Origin: Spironucleus salmonicida | Lineage: Eukaryota | Assembly: GCF_000497125.1 (NCBI RefSeq) | Contig: NC_090596.1 | Span: 434,001 to 498,000 of the forward strand | DNA: 64,000 nucleotides | Direction of reading: 5' to 3' | In this document: positions 1 through 14,395 of the stretch, piece by piece | Numbering within the stretch: the stretch's first letter is position 1 | How the letters are laid out: each line of letters opens with the position of its first letter | Program-made: the position numbers and the translations under genes | Notes under the pieces: generated by a model | What the model saw: the letters and a program-made list of their open reading frames with translations, nothing else | The model's database searches: none | What the model was told of the DNA's origin: nothing

Positions 1-120
1 GGTGAATGGTAGCTGTTATGCAACTTCACTCCACTCGATTCCACCTGATTGCTTGATGTTTATTTTAACTAGAGATAGCAATGCTTTCTTTTGTTCTTCT
101 GTCCACTTTGTTTTATCCAT
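1..120 (-). CDS. Myb/SANT-like DNA-binding protein (5' part; continues beyond window start)
   Basis: MDKTKWTEEQKKALLSLVKINIKQSGGIEWSEVAQQLPFT: W-T-E-E...W-S-E-V-A Myb repeat pattern. Confidence 0.8.
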
Positions 121-231
121 TTAATAAGTAATTATAATTTTTAGTATTGATTATATATTTATAGATATTAACATTTTTAAGACGATGATAATGTAATTAT
201 ATATTAATTATCCATATATTACCTAAAAATT

Positions 232-1641
232 ATGATGAATCTTACTTAAGTATAAAGTAGTATTGCCACCTTAGTTTAAAATATTGATATAGACGAATAT
301 CTATCTACTATAAACTTTTTAAAACTATAGGAAGATGCATTTGAGAAGTAATTATAAAATTTACTTACTGTTTAGTCTTAGCTTTACTGTTCAACTAAAA
401 AATTAGTGGATCACAATCAATAGCTTATCCACCAATCATAATAGTTTAGCTTAAATATTAATGCATTGGTCGAGGTTTAAAATGTGATTAAAAATTCTAC
501 TTTACCAAATGATATTATGGAATAATGTTCTTTCGTGTCAGAATAAAACTTTGAATAAGTTCTTACTCATTTACCCCATATTTGCCATATTTAGTAGCAC
601 TATAAAGAACTTCCAATTGAAAATGAGCAATAAAAATTTGAAATTTTTTTAATACATTTTATAAATTCAATTGAATCATTTCTATTAAATATCTTAGGTA
701 AGAAAGAAATGAGTATTTATAAAGATTAATTTCAAAAACTCAGGGTTTAAACAGATTACAAATAATTAGAAGATTCTATCTCTTCTATTACATAAAAAGT
801 CTACTTAGAGTTAATGAAATACCATGAGTTCATTCAATTTTTAATAGAAAATGATCGTCATATTCAATTTTTTTAAGTTTTTCTATAATTTCATTAATTT
901 GAACTAGATTATATTCAATTATCGTTAAAAAATTTAGATAAACTAGTTTAAAAATGGATAAAAGATTAAACATTCTTTTCTACATAGAACGGTTATTTTC
1001 CTATTTTCTAATCTTTATAATAACCAAAAATGAAGATAAAACTGTTTTAAAATAAGAAATAAACCAGTTTAGCATAAAATTACCATAGTTAACAAATTGA
1101 ATAATCTTTATCTAAAATTGTGTCTAGCAAGCTACTTATAGATGAAATGATAAGTACTTCTTGCATATTTTTAATAAATAAAGAGTATAATGGAAGCGAG
1201 GACAATTAATTTACTGGATTATTGTAGATCCTTAATTAAATAAACTTTCTTACTCAAATTGCAGCAAAAAAGTAAAATTTTGATGCGATTTTTGGACCAT
1301 ATCGTATCGATAGCATCAAAAATCCGGCGAAACTTTTACTTCTTAAACTACTAAACTCATCATTTTAATGTGCAGTAGATATGATTCAATAATTAAACGA
1401 TATTAATACTCCGGAAGCGAAGTTTCTTACTGATTAATTCTTAAATATTTTTAGAGATAATGTGGAGTAGGTCTGCTAATACTAGAAATACGAAAACTTT
1501 CAATCCTGGCTACCAAGAATATTGGCTGTTATAATTTAGGTTAAATCAGACGTATTTGCTCCAGTCAAAGCTGTTTTAATAGATCAAATTAACTAAATTG
1601 AAGACCAGTAAATTAAATAATTTTTATTTGATTAAATGTGA
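232..1641 (+). CDS. Hypothetical helical protein (469 aa); N-terminus weakly reminiscent of Vps52/CATCHR tethers
   Basis: Open ATG-to-TGA frame with TAR=Gln; N-terminal coiled coil followed by ..STLPNDIMEQ..; family resemblance by eye only. Confidence 0.6.
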
Positions 1642-1683
1642 GTTTATTATGTATTTTTATTATATTATCGCAAATATCTAACA

Positions 1684-2340
1684 ATGCCGCTAAGTTAAAT
1701 TTAATCTTAATAATAACAAGAAGTATATGCTTGGATTAATTAGCTCAATCTTCCACGTCCATCAACACATATACACCGCGATTTTTCAGATGCTGTATTA
1801 GCAGCGAAAGTCATACATTGTTTCATGCCAAATTTAGTGGAGGTTCACAATTATCAGCCAGCGACCTCAACAAAGAACAAATTGACAAACTGGTAAGTAT
1901 TATAGACTAAAGTTCTCTCGAAATTGAAAGCTAAGCTAGAACCAAAGGAAATGGAAGAATTAGCCGCCTCCATACCTGGAAAAATTGAAATGTTTCTATA
2001 CATGATAAAGAAAAAAATAGAAGGGCTATCTAGGGCAGATGAAGATAAAAAGGGAAGTAAGCAAGACGGTAATTTACTAAATAAGTAGGATAAGAATCTA
2101 TCGGATGATGATCTTTTTGTTGAAGTTATAGGAAAAAATGTAAAGGATATTAAACAACCAGGTATGCACTCTAATGAATGCTAACAGTGTGAATACAAAG
2201 ACAGAAGAATTGCTGAATTATAAGATGATAATAAACTTTTGGAAGACAAAATAGATAAGCTTCAACAGCTGATTAGGCTCAAAGACGGCAAAAATAAAGC
2301 ATTGGAGTAGAAAATTGAAGTATTGCAGGGAAAACTTTGA
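1684..2340 (+). CDS. SPEF1: Sperm flagellar protein 1 / CLAMP-like (CH domain + coiled coil)
   Basis: WINQLNLPRPSTHIHRDFSDAVLAAKVIHCFMPNLVEVHNY...KLTNWQVLQTKVL; C-terminal KIDKLQQLIRLKD, both typical of SPEF1. Confidence 0.9.
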
Positions 2341-2402
2341 GATGATACGTAATATTATTATATTAGTTATTTGATTCTTTTTATAATCAAAAATTTTTAA
2401 AA

Positions 2403-5400
2403 ATGCACTTATAGAGACATCACAAGACAATTGATCTAGAATCTTAGCTAGCTTTGTAAAATATTGTAATTAAATAGTTGCGATTGTAATATAATCGTTA
2501 AAAAGAATAATTTGTCTAATAGCTTACTGTTTTTCGTGATTCATCTGAGTAGCGATTGCACAATTTACAAATATTTTATATTGAAGAGTTAATGCGTGTA
2601 TTCGACTTTTCAGAGATAGATGAAGTCAAGTAACATATAATATAACTAATAAAGAGATCCCAGTTTTCTGCAGAACGAATAAAAGATTTACGATAGGTTC
2701 ATGAATCAAATATGAAATTATGTTAGTAGACTTAGAATGAGGTTTTAGATCTTAAAAGATAAATAGAGTAATTAAATTAGACAATAGAGTCGAAATAGAT
2801 GGTAATTGACGAGTTAACTATCGTCAATGAGAAAAATACTATTTTTTCTGATGATGATGGAGCAAATAACTTTTCAATTACTGGTTCAACATAAGAAATA
2901 TCGCGTATGACATCTTACACTTCTTTAGAAGAGTGTTCATATGGGAAAATGATATAGAAAGTTAAAAATTAAAGAAGTAAGCAACCTTAAAATTTTCGAA
3001 AATATAAGCAAGTATCAGAATAAAGCTAAATATTTTCTAGCTATTAGACTAATGTAAATAAACTAGGAAATAAAAGTTTATTTGTATAGAATCTTACTAC
3101 CACCATGGTTGGTGATGAATTGGATTTTCGATAAATTAAATTGACTGTCTCTGAGGACTTAAACTAGTATAAAATGACACGAAACCCTATTAATAAAGAG
3201 GGATATCTAACATAATTAGTTCCTCATTCATAACCTCCAATATAAACTTAAGAAAATTCGATATAAATGAGTTTGTTAAAAGATGCTTCATTTTAAGCTA
3301 TTCAACTTTTAAAAACTAATATAGCCGGATAGTAAAATTAATCTACTTATAATGAATAGTAATATATTTCTATAGTAATGCCTTGGATAATAGATGTTGA
3401 ATCATCGAAATAAATAATTATGAAAAAACATGCAGAAATGTTAGAAAAATATAACGAAACTATTACTTAACTTAATAGAGCAAGTAGCTAAAATTATTAA
3501 TATAGAGAATAAATCTTTATGCTTAAAAATTCATTAAATTAGTCTGCTTATATATTTTAGTAGAAATTAGACGAACATGATATTGACATAAAGCAGATTT
3601 CTGAAGTATTAAAAAAAGCAAATTAATTAAAATAAGAAGCAGAATCTAAACTTTCTTTAGAATTAGATACCTAACAGAGGCTAAATCATGAATTATATAA
3701 TTAAGAACTTAAAATTGAAAACTAACAATAATAAATTAATTAGTTTAAGGATAAAATATTAGAAATATAAAAGAGTTCTATTTAGAATATAAAAGAAAAA
3801 GAAATAAACAAATTATAATTAAAAATAGACCATCAAATGGAAGTTATATAAATACTTGAAAATTAGCTTAAATCTGTAGGTTGTAGAATGAAAGATTTAG
3901 AATATTAAAATTAAGATTTGATCAGTGAAACAAAAAAATTATAAGTCTAATAGGAAAACAGTCTAAATAACAGTAATAGTATTGATTGTGCTATGAGTTC
4001 TTCAAAAGTGACTTTTTTAGAGAATTAACTTTCATAATTAAATAGCAAAGTTAACGAACAAGTAGATTATCTAGTTTAAAGAAATGAATATTGTAATATT
4101 ATTTAAAAATAAAATGATTAATATAACTAGAAATTAAATTAGTTTAAAGCTGATAATAGTTACCTCAAACGGAAAATAATTGATTTAACTAGTTAAATTA
4201 AAGGGTTAATGGAAGAAAAATAAGATTAAACAACTACGCTATAATAATTAGTGTTAAAACTTAAAAATAAAAAAATTGAAAATTAAAAAGAAAGTAGTGA
4301 CTAAAAATAAAATCTTATAAAATCAAACATGCATTAAACTTCATAAAATAACAATATATTGTTAAAATCATCAACTACTAAAATACCAAAAGGATAATTT
4401 AATGGTTAGGATATCATAAAAGATAGTTTAAACAGAGTTTTATCAGTTAAAAGATTTTCAGAAGAAAATTTTGCAGAATCTTTTTCTATACCAAATTCCC
4501 AGAACAATACACTCGAATTTGAATCTAGTAATTAGTCAACAATTGATTTCATTTAAAATAAGTTTTGTTTAGATGATTAAAATTAGAATACAGCAGAAAA
4601 TTTATTAAATTTTGCGAAAACCGTTTATACATAAGATGTACTAGATATTTCTATCTAGAATTAGTATGTATAAACAGACATTGTAACAGAATAATTAACC
4701 TTTTAAAATTGTTTTACGCAGGTAGATAATGAAAATATAAATAAATAAGTGTAAACAATGATGTTTATTAATTATGATGATCCGTAAATATTATAACTTT
4801 CTAAAGAGGTAGAATATTTGTATTAATAAATATAAATATATGAACAGGCAAACATTATGCAGGAAACTAAAAACTAAATGATTAGTTAGTCTTATTCTGA
4901 TTTTGAATAACAGTTAAGAAATGCTTAATTTATGATTTAATAATAAGTAGAAGATATTTATTCTTAGAAATATAGATATTATAATTTACTGAGAACGAGT
5001 TAATCACACTAATGTCCTACTAAAATAGATTTTTAAGAAGAATTCTTTGCAGGGTTTTAACTTTAAAAAGATTCTTATTAATGTTAAATTAAAAAATTAG
5101 AGAATTCATTTTTTGATGAGTTAAGCTTGAATTAATAATAAAGAAAATAAATTGACCGAAATAATCTAGAATTTAACTTAATAAAAGTAGATCTTAGTGC
5201 TACACTATAATAAATTTCTATATTTTAGTCTTAAATTTTTACTAATTTTTAGAATTTAAAAGTAAAGTTTAACAGTTTTAATAATAAATTAGAAGTATTG
5301 ACTTGTAAAGTTGCAGATTAAAAATAAATATAGTAATATTATTAAAATTTATTACGTAATATAGGAAATAAAGGTGAGTTATTAACTTTATTGAATGATG

Positions 5401-6029
5401 TAATATATCTTAATATTACGCACAATCATAAATTATGGATAGAAACTGTAATTTTAAGTTTGAATCAAAATGAATAAATAGTATTAAGCAATATTAGAGG
5501 AAATTTACTATAAATAGACGAAAATAAATAAAGTAATATCTAAAATTACGGACATAGTAACAAATATTGTTAAAACGAAAGTATAGAATAGTCAGATTAG
5601 GAGTCTTAAGTCTCTTTAGATATAAACGAATTAATTACACATAGTGAATAGTACACTAAATTATAGATTATTATTCAAGAGTATCAGGAGACTGATTAGT
5701 TTTAAAATACATAAATTGAATTCTTAAGAGATGAAGTAAAAGAAATTAAAAATGATTATGACATTCAAATTAAACAAATACGACTTGTTCATGCGGGTAG
5801 GCCTCCAAGAGACGAAGATATCGCGATTATCCATTAATAAAAATTATTATTGGAAAAATAAAAATAATAAATATTAGATTTGTCTTTGCGGTACAAAGCC
5901 CTTACCAGAGAATTTTAAATCTCTGACGGATTAATTGAGATGATGGTCGGGGGAAGATCAAATAGTACATCATAAGTGCGATAAAATAAATGGAATTTAA
6001 ATGCCCCAACACTAAAAAGGTTTTTATGA
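2403..6029 (+). CDS. Large coiled-coil protein (~1208 aa), C-terminus FAM184-like
   Basis: Long Q/K/E-rich frame (spot-checked); C-terminal RPPRDEDIAIIHQ resembles the FAM184 motif by eye. Confidence 0.6.
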
Positions 6030-6067
6030 TTATTTTTATATTTATCATATATATTTTTAAGTATTTA

Positions 6068-7369
6068 ATGGAAAAGTATGAAGAAGTGGAAAGTCTTGGA
6101 AAAGGTGGTTATGCATCAATAAAGCTTTTCAGACACAAACAATCAAATGACGTATTTGCAGCTAAATTCGCAAGTTATACAAATATGGCAGAAACCAATT
6201 CAGAATATCATCTCCTCTAATTTTTTTCAAAAATAGAAAATTCTCCTACACTAGAGCTCATTGAATCTTTTGATCATGAAAACTTTCGTGTACTTGTCCT
6301 GAGAAAATATAGATTCGACTTCCGTGGTTTATAAAAAACATAAATTTTTGATTCTATTTATATAAAGTAGTTTGTTTTTGTAGTAAACTCTTTAGTTAAA
6401 AGTGTAGCATAAATGCACTCATTTGGTGTTGTTCACCGGGATTTGAAATCTGCTAATGTACTTTTAGATGATACGGGTCGATCCAGAATTGCAGATTTAG
6501 GACTTGCTAAGGTAGAATTAGGACATGTTGCCTCATTTGAATCTCTACAAAGTGCATATGCATCATTAGAAGAATGTGTGGAACCATAAAAGACTAGAAC
6601 TGTATGCACTTTGCTTTATAGATCTCCTGAATAACTGTTCTAGACGTACAAGAAAAATTAGTAAAAACGTGCTATTTTTGTTAATTATACCTCAGCTAAA
6701 AAATAAGATCTTTGGTCTGTAGGAGTTATTATAATAGAAATTATGTTAAGTCATTTTTTTATAATTCTGAACGAGGTCGATGTTCAATCTAATGAGATAA
6801 AACTAAAGAAAATATATATTAAAATGTATGGGAAATAGATTATAACAATGGTATAGGAAGTCTTTAAAGATGAAAAGGACCCATTAACATTTATTTTAGC
6901 ACATTTTGAACCAGAAGATCATTAATTGATCAAGTATTAATTATAATAACCAGCAATCTCAATTTTAGATTATATTAGAACATTAATTCTTTCTAGATTC
7001 TAATAGTAGTGCTTCGGAACCATATAGAAATATTTAGATGAGTTTGCAACTAATTTAGCTAATTTATTGTCTCCAATTCCTTCTTAAAGACGCTCAATTT
7101 AATAATGTTAAATATTTAAATAAGATTAACAGAATATTATATCCGCTCTTCCAGATTAAGCCTTAGATGGGCTAACGCAAACAAATTAGAAACCCCCTTA
7201 ATATGCTGAGTGCCTTACAAAAATCGGTCTAAAAATTGAGTATCAACCTTGTGATTGTAATGTTTTAACATTAAACAATGCAAGTTCAATTTTAGGAGGA
7301 AAAATGTTCAAAGAAATAAAAAATTTTGATGGATGGATGAGTTAAACAGGTGCTAAGAAAATAAAATGA
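6068..7369 (+). CDS. Ser/Thr protein kinase, CDK/CMGC-like, divergent
   Basis: [46 protein letters not shown]. Confidence 0.9.
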
Positions 7370-7455
7370 TTATTATATCATCTGTTTTAAGTGACGATTA
7401 ATGTCTGGGTATATAAATTGCACACAAATGAACAATCTTAATAATAATTTTCACT

Positions 7456-8490
7456 TCATATTAATTTCATTTCAAATATCAGATTTTCAACTTCAATGTT
7501 ATTATCTTTATAGAAAACCCTGTCTTACTCAGACTGAAGAATATCATTAAAGGCCTTAAATGGTGATTTTGGGTTTTCTGCCTTCCTCCCATTAAGTAAA
7601 TCAATTAAATACTTAATATTTATAGGCACAAGTGATTTATCGACATACGCATCTTGATTAAGCGATGTACAAAATATTTTTTGATTACTATAAGTCATAA
7701 AGAAATTTATTAAAATCTATGCTTCAATGGGCAAGGATTTCATTTACCCTTTATAGTTTTATATTGCTTAAATGAATTCAATTTTCCATAAATCATTGTT
7801 TTTCACATTTACTCTTTTAGTATGAAAATTACTTTATGGTTAAACATCTTATCTAAGATGATATGAAGATCCTTAAATCCGCACTGACTATGCTAATACT
7901 GCTAATTCTCTTTTTAATACAAAAGGTGTGGTTTTTGGAATAGTTAAACCATTTATTTTGATCTCAAAATTCTAAAAATTTATAAATATAATCTCTAATA
8001 ACCTATATACTATAATAGGTCTAACCTTAAGTACTTAGATGATTGCATTTCGAACTTCAATATTTTATATTTTCGAAACAGATCTTTCAACAGTCGAATG
8101 GCTATATTTCCAATTAACTAAATTAGGTTATAAGTTTTAAAACCCTTATGGCACTTCATCTGGTAGTACAAACGTAGCTGGTGTTAAAAAATCAATGAAT
8201 GTATGCTATTTCCCTATTATGGTTGTTTCAATTTCACTATCCTCAATAATATACTCATTAAATCTTTTTTGCATTACTGGTTTTATATAAATGTTATGTC
8301 CTAAATCAAATTCAAGCTGCTTACCAAAATCAACAAATTATTGAACATCTAGACCTGATGGAGCATATATAGGGTTGTCTGTAATTATTGGAAGGCGTAC
8401 TATAACAAGCTTACGTAGGGGAGTATCATCTTCAGAGCTAGGGTAATTATCTTTATCTGAATATTAACTAGACTCCTCGTTTTCTGACAT
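7456..8490 (-). CDS. Hypothetical protein (344 aa)
   Basis: Starts MSENEESSQYSDKDNYPSSEDDTPLRKLVIVRLP; TGA followed by AGTGAA. Confidence 0.65.
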
Positions 8491-8547
8491 TATGCAATTA
8501 AACTCATATTATATTAATTTTATTATAATGATTTTCCTTTCTATTTA

Positions 8548-9021
8548 ATGACTGAAAAAATACACTATGGGGTTTAATATTCTAAAGTTACTTAGAATCC
8601 ACAGCGTCTTTAACCAGATTAAAAATCAGAGACTTCAAAAAAGCATATATCTAATATTATCGAATATTTAAGAAACTTCGATTTATATTAAAAAGGGGAA
8701 GGATCTTGGAAATTTAGTACGATTTTACAGGCTGAATTGTTAAAATCTATGTTTAATATAAAATTAATTGATAAGGATTTTTTTAAGATTACTATGAATT
8801 ATTTTAAGACAAATAAGAGTAGACTGGTTTGTTAATAAGTATTAAATGAAATTGAAAATTAAAAGGTTATATAGGAAAAATAAGGCAAACCAAGCAAAAA
8901 AGTATTAAAAAGATTGGAAAAAATGTTTAAGATCATTGATAAAAATTAAAGAGAAATAATGGCATAAAAAGGAAACCTTTAAATTTAGAGTGTTAAGCAA
9001 GATGAGAGCTCAAGTGATTGA
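8548..9021 (+). CDS. WKF-domain (C7orf50/DUF2373-like) protein
   Basis: IEYLRNFDLYQKGEGSWKFSTILQAELLKSMF matches the Y-L...W-K-F...Q..LL pattern. Confidence 0.65.
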
Positions 9022-9179
9022 CGTGATAAGATATTTATTACTTTAGTTAGAGTATATTAATATTCATTTATTTAGTCAAAAATAATCATAAGAATTATGT
9101 TTAGCATAATTACGTAATATATAAAAACGGAGTAATAAATATTATATTATTATACGTTATTAGTTTTTAGCATATAATA

Positions 9180-10025
9180 ATGGAAAATATCGAAATTTTC
9201 CTCGCTTAATTACACGAATAAGCTTAAACATTATCCTTTTAGCTAAATTAGTAAATATAACTTAATGATACATATAAATAAGAGAATCAGCTTCTATCAC
9301 GTTAAGTAAAAGACCTAAATTCACGGCTTACTCTTTAAACAAAAGAGCTAGAAGATTTCGAAAAAAAAGATCTAGAATAAAACAAACTAATTTCTGATCT
9401 TATTAATTCTGTAAAAACTAAAACTTAACAAACAAAGTCATCTAAAATAGATCATGAGATGCAGCTATCAACTGCTAAAACATCAGCAGCTGAGAATTAA
9501 GTGCTAATGTTCAAAATAGATGAATTAGAGAAAGAAGTAAAAAGACTTAGTAAGTTTGAATTATTAACATAAAAGTTTAAAGCTGCTAGTGCGGACTTAG
9601 GAATTTAATTTTAGTAAGTGTAAAATGTGGTTAGAGATCTAAGAAAGTAAAATTCAGAGCTATAACAGTAGCTTTACAATCTAAGTTAAGTCGCAATTCC
9701 AGGAAACAAATAAACTAGTTAAATAAATTATGATGATGAATTGGACTTTAAAAAGCCTAAAAAGCCAAAAAATTCTTAAAAGTAGGCTTAAAATTTTATT
9801 TAATAATAAGATGTTGAAGAAAATCCATAAATTAATATGTAATCAGAATATTTCAAGGAAGACTTTTTCAATATAGATGATAGTGAATTTCACAGTATAA
9901 GAATTAACAAAAGTACTCGTGAAGATCATGATAATAATGACGAAAACTATGATAATAATGATGAGATGCTAGTTTTGAGTTCTGGAATGTTGTAGGATGA
10001 GTATAATTACTTGACCAAAGAATGA
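9180..10025 (+). CDS. Hypothetical coiled-coil protein (281 aa)
   Basis: Open frame MENIEIFLAQLHEQAQ...EYNYLTKE*; heptad-rich with an acidic tail. Confidence 0.7.
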
Positions 10026-10114
10026 GAAATTTGCGGAATTTATAATAATAGTTTTTCAGATATATGTTACTGACAATTTATTTGATAATAAGAATAATAA
10101 ATTGTAAAAATAAA

Positions 10115-10576
10115 ATGAGAACTTCTATGACTTCTTCAGCAACTAAAATTTTTGCTTTACCATTTGGTTAGCAGTGTGGTAGAACAATGTCCTAAAAGAC
10201 TAGTTATTGCTGGACTGATTTTTATAATACTCAAAGATCAACTATTAATTAAAAAGGAGGATATATAGGAAACTCATTCGTATCTAAACCTAAGTATAAT
10301 GCTCCAAAAAGGATTCCTTCAAAATAGCCAGATATTTATACTTATTATAAAGGAGTATAACTTTAAAATGATAAAAAATATGCTGGTACTATTATGGCGC
10401 GAGAGCGATCTGATGCATTTAAAACAAAAAGGGTAACTGATTGCGTAGAGTTTTTGGATATTTCCAAAAGTCTTAGCTTTGTAAATCCTAGACCTTCTAG
10501 CGCTACTTTATATACTTCAGATCGAAGTAGCTTTCGTGGTGGAGGAAAACTGACTGCATCTGGAGTAGGTTGGTGA
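10115..10576 (+). CDS. Hypothetical basic protein (153 aa)
   Basis: Extends track ORF 10394-10576 upstream in frame to ATG 10115. Confidence 0.7.
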
Positions 10577-10659
10577 TTTTTAAATTAAGTTTTTTTAAAG
10601 TGAATTTAATTTTTTTAATAATATATAAGTAGAGTATACCATATACTCATTTCTAATTT

Positions 10660-11037
10660 ATGATAGGCTTAGCTGCTCGTGTTTACTCTGTAAGTTGGAA
10701 AACCTAGTCTGGCAGAAAACCTCAATAAAAGTAATCATTATGTCATTCAGATTTTTATGATAAACCTTCTTCTCTTTCTAGCCAATGTTTTAACTCACTT
10801 GCTAAAAAATCAAAAGCCTTCTATGAAGAGCAACCAGACCGTAATAAAAGACCCAACTTGTATTCTTACTATAATGGTATTCCTGCACTAAAATCTTCTA
10901 AAAACACATCAGTTTTTGGCCTAGAAATGGACGATGAAAGAGACATTCGTGTATCATAAATGATAAGATCATCTAATGCGGAGACCAGAAAGTTTATATA
11001 TTCAACAAAAGCCTTGAGAATGTCTTCTCTAAAGTGA
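10660..11037 (+). CDS. Hypothetical protein (125 aa)
   Basis: MIGLAARVYSVSWKTQSGRKPQQ...MSSLK*; ends AAG-TGA; fills the gap between neighbours. Confidence 0.6.
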
Positions 11038-11048
11038 AATAAAATTTT

Positions 11049-12257
11049 TCAGATATACTTGGTGCTAGCGCCGCAGATTTCAAACTACTCAGACCATTGC
11101 TCACAAATATCAATTTTATCGCCAAAACTGAATTTTCTACCATCAGCACATCTTACTTTCACAATACCAAAATCACCATCTTTCTTAATACTGACTTCTG
11201 AGTTTCTCACGAAGAATTCTTTTGTAGGCATCTGAGACCCATTTTGATATACAAATAGCACCTAAGTGCTTGTGTCAAGCTACATGAGTAGTTTAGGAGT
11301 ATTGCTTGGGGGTTTAGTATTAGATTACAATTTACGACTTATTGAAGTTTGAATATTTTTAACCCATTTTTCATAATCGTCCAAATTACGAGCTCTAATA
11401 GTAAGAGGACCATATGGTCCCTAGATAACAAGTCGCAAATTCTGCTATTGATAATGTATAACATTTTCCTGCGTGAGATCGATTCTGAATGACTCGGAAG
11501 ACCCAACTGATCCAATCAAAAATCCTGACGATAACGACAATTTTGCATTTGCATAAGGAGACTACTGAAGATCCGTCTCTGTGAGCTCTGCAGGTGGTTG
11601 TGTGTTTATGTTAATAGATTTGATAACTGCCTTAGTTCTTAGTGAATCAATTTCCATTTAGCGCGTTTATGCCTCTTAAATCTGCTTTTCTTATGCGTGA
11701 ATTAGCTCCATTTGCTATTGGATCAACTATTACTATTTAACAAGCTGGTCATTCACTTGAGTCAAATTCTAGGATACTGCTTTATTTATGAGGTCTTCAA
11801 TATTTGCATTTTGTGTGATTTTACCTTCCAAGTTTTCAATATTTTCTTGCAAATCTACTGCTGGTTGTATATCATCTTAGGTATATTAAACGACTGATAT
11901 TTCTTGTTGCTAATCGTCTAGTATTTAGTCGCAATTTATATCTATTTCATGTTATTGTTAGGCGGAAGCAAACATATCATCAATTGGCTAAACTTATTGC
12001 AGTTGATCAGATTCAATTACATTTGTGATTTTGGTTGGTTATATTGGATCATGTGGTTAAAATATTTAAAACTCGTCAAATTTGTCTTCTACAGAGTCAT
12101 ACATAAGTTTAAACTGTTTTGTGAAGTATTTAGATTTAGTAAAAGGGGGTATCATGTCTGCTTCTTTTATAAATTCAAATATATCGTTAAGTTCTTTATT
12201 TTCTTGGTTGATATCATTAAGATCTTCAGTAAATCCTGCAGTACAACAGCTGAACAT
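11049..12257 (-). CDS. PH-domain-containing protein (402 aa) with N-terminal MFSCC
   Basis: Read in full below the track ORF; LTIRARNLDDYEKWVKNIQTSI is a PH C-terminal helix; possible second PH-like unit ending ..ICEQWSEQF. Confidence 0.7.
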
Positions 12258-12383
12258 TAAATTTTATTAAAATTAACAAAATTTGTATATTCGGTATAAT
12301 AATAAAATACATTTGAAGATTAACAATTGCAAAATAATAAATTTTATAAATAATATAATTTCTCTGTCCTTCCAAAATTTTAA

Positions 12384-13277
12384 ATGTTCACTCTGACTAC
12401 TATATCTCATTTTATGTAGCTTAACGATACTCACTGTACATTTAATTAGCTCACTTCTAAAAAATCACATGATATAAAGCATACAATAAATATTAAAGAT
12501 TTTGATTACTCATAACCAATCAAACTTAATGCTTCAACTATCAGATTTAAAAAATAAATTGTTAATTTTGAAACTTGCACCTTCTCAGATCCTATTTATA
12601 CCGGTATTTTACCATCTCCTTATATTTATAATGAGACTGGTGTATATTTCTAAAATGGCTCTAAAATCTTTCTTAAAATGAACCCTAGCTATTTCTACCC
12701 AATGGAGTATGCATTAGTAAATCCATAAACTAGACGTTATTTAGATTTAGTAACTGGTAAACTCTCAAAATTAGACTTAACACTTGATACTACAGGATTT
12801 ACAAGATCGTTATATTACAATGCTGATATTTATAATACTTTCAGAGGAGAAAATGTAACTTTTATTAATGGTGCTATAGTGAAGATTGAAGCTTCAGCTA
12901 TAAGAGACAGTGAAGTCTCGTGCCCTTTGTGTTAACCTTGTGAGACCTGTCCTACTACAAACAACGAGTAAATTAAATCCCTAAAACTATTAATTTCTCA
13001 ATATGAAAAAACAATTAAAGAGCTATAATCTAAGTAAAATGATAACTAGCTCTAGAAAAAGATTTAAAGCTTAGAAGCTGATAAAGCTGCATTAGTCAAA
13101 AAGGTTACTGATTTAAAAAATAACGAAAAAGAATGTTAGGAAAACGCTAAATAGTTAGACTAAAAAGAATGTCCTAAGCCATTCAATGTTGAAAAGGCAA
13201 AAAGGTTATAAAAGTATCAAATTGCTTTGACATCTGTAGGGTTTGTTGGTGTAGCATTGTTTGTAATGATTGTTTGA
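12384..13277 (+). CDS. Putative surface/secretory protein with coiled-coil stalk and C-terminal hydrophobic anchor
   Basis: CPLCQPCETCP linker, coiled coil, ends IALTSVGFVGVALFVMIV*. Confidence 0.7.
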
Positions 13278-13315
13278 TTTATTATAGTATAATAGGATTA
13301 TATATTAAAACTAAA

Positions 13316-14395
13316 ATGATAGGATAACTTCTTGTATTTTATATAGTATTGACTATGTTATTAATAGTTAGTTGCTATGGTAGTAAATTCAAATTATTCC
13401 ACCGAGCTACATAGATTATTTGTTTACCAATTCTAATATTATTACGTATAGCTCAAATATCTCCATTGGATTTTTAGAAATTTATCTTAAACAAATTAAA
13501 GTGGAGTGTTGCAGTTTTCTTCTATTCGCTTTACTGTTTATCTTTATACTCAGTATTTTCTCATTTTTATTCTTCGTTTAAAATACGTCTAGGTTCAATT
13601 TCAGGCAATAACTTAGTTTGGGTAGAATAAGATTTAGTAGTACAAAAATAGCATATTTTAACTTTATATAATTTATTTATGATGACAAATTATTTTGGAT
13701 CTTGTTTATTTTTTACTATGACAATTATATTTAGAAATTAGAAAACCAGCATAAAGTATTAGTTTGATAATATATATTACCAACCTAAAAAATGTTAGTC
13801 TTGTAATACCTAAATGCTAGCAAGAACATCACATTGTCAGTAATGCAATACTTGCTTTCAAAAACGTGATCATCATTGTATATGGATTAATGGATGCATC
13901 CATTATTCAAACTAAAAATATTTTACAATGTTTCTATTGGCTACGTCAGTAGGCGGCGTTTGTAAAGCAGTAATTGATTATTAATTTCTTGATTATGTTA
14001 TGCACTTTACAACAAATAATCTACTTAGTTATATTAAGTGTAAGGAGTTGGCTAGTTTTAATATATTCAGAACAATTTAATGGAATTTATTACACTTCCC
14101 TATTTCTTCTATGTCTTTTATAATGCATACTATGATTGCCATTATGGTAGGGCTTCTAGGTTTAATTCATGTAAAATAGGTTTATGATAATTAAACAAGT
14201 TTAGAAAAACGTAAAAATTCAGCTATTAAAGCCGATCTAATTAACAAATATGCGTTATTTGTTAAAGATTAAAATGGGAATATTTTTATACTAAATAGTG
14301 AAAATAACGCTTAATTTAGAAACTCTAAGTATATTGCTCTTAAAAAATAAGAATCACTAAAGTTACTGCAAACGTATAAGCCATTCAAAAAGTGA
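13316..14395 (+). CDS. DHHC palmitoyltransferase
   Basis: CQSCNTQMLARTSHCQQCNTCFQKRDHHCIWINGCI plus several TM segments. Confidence 0.95.
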
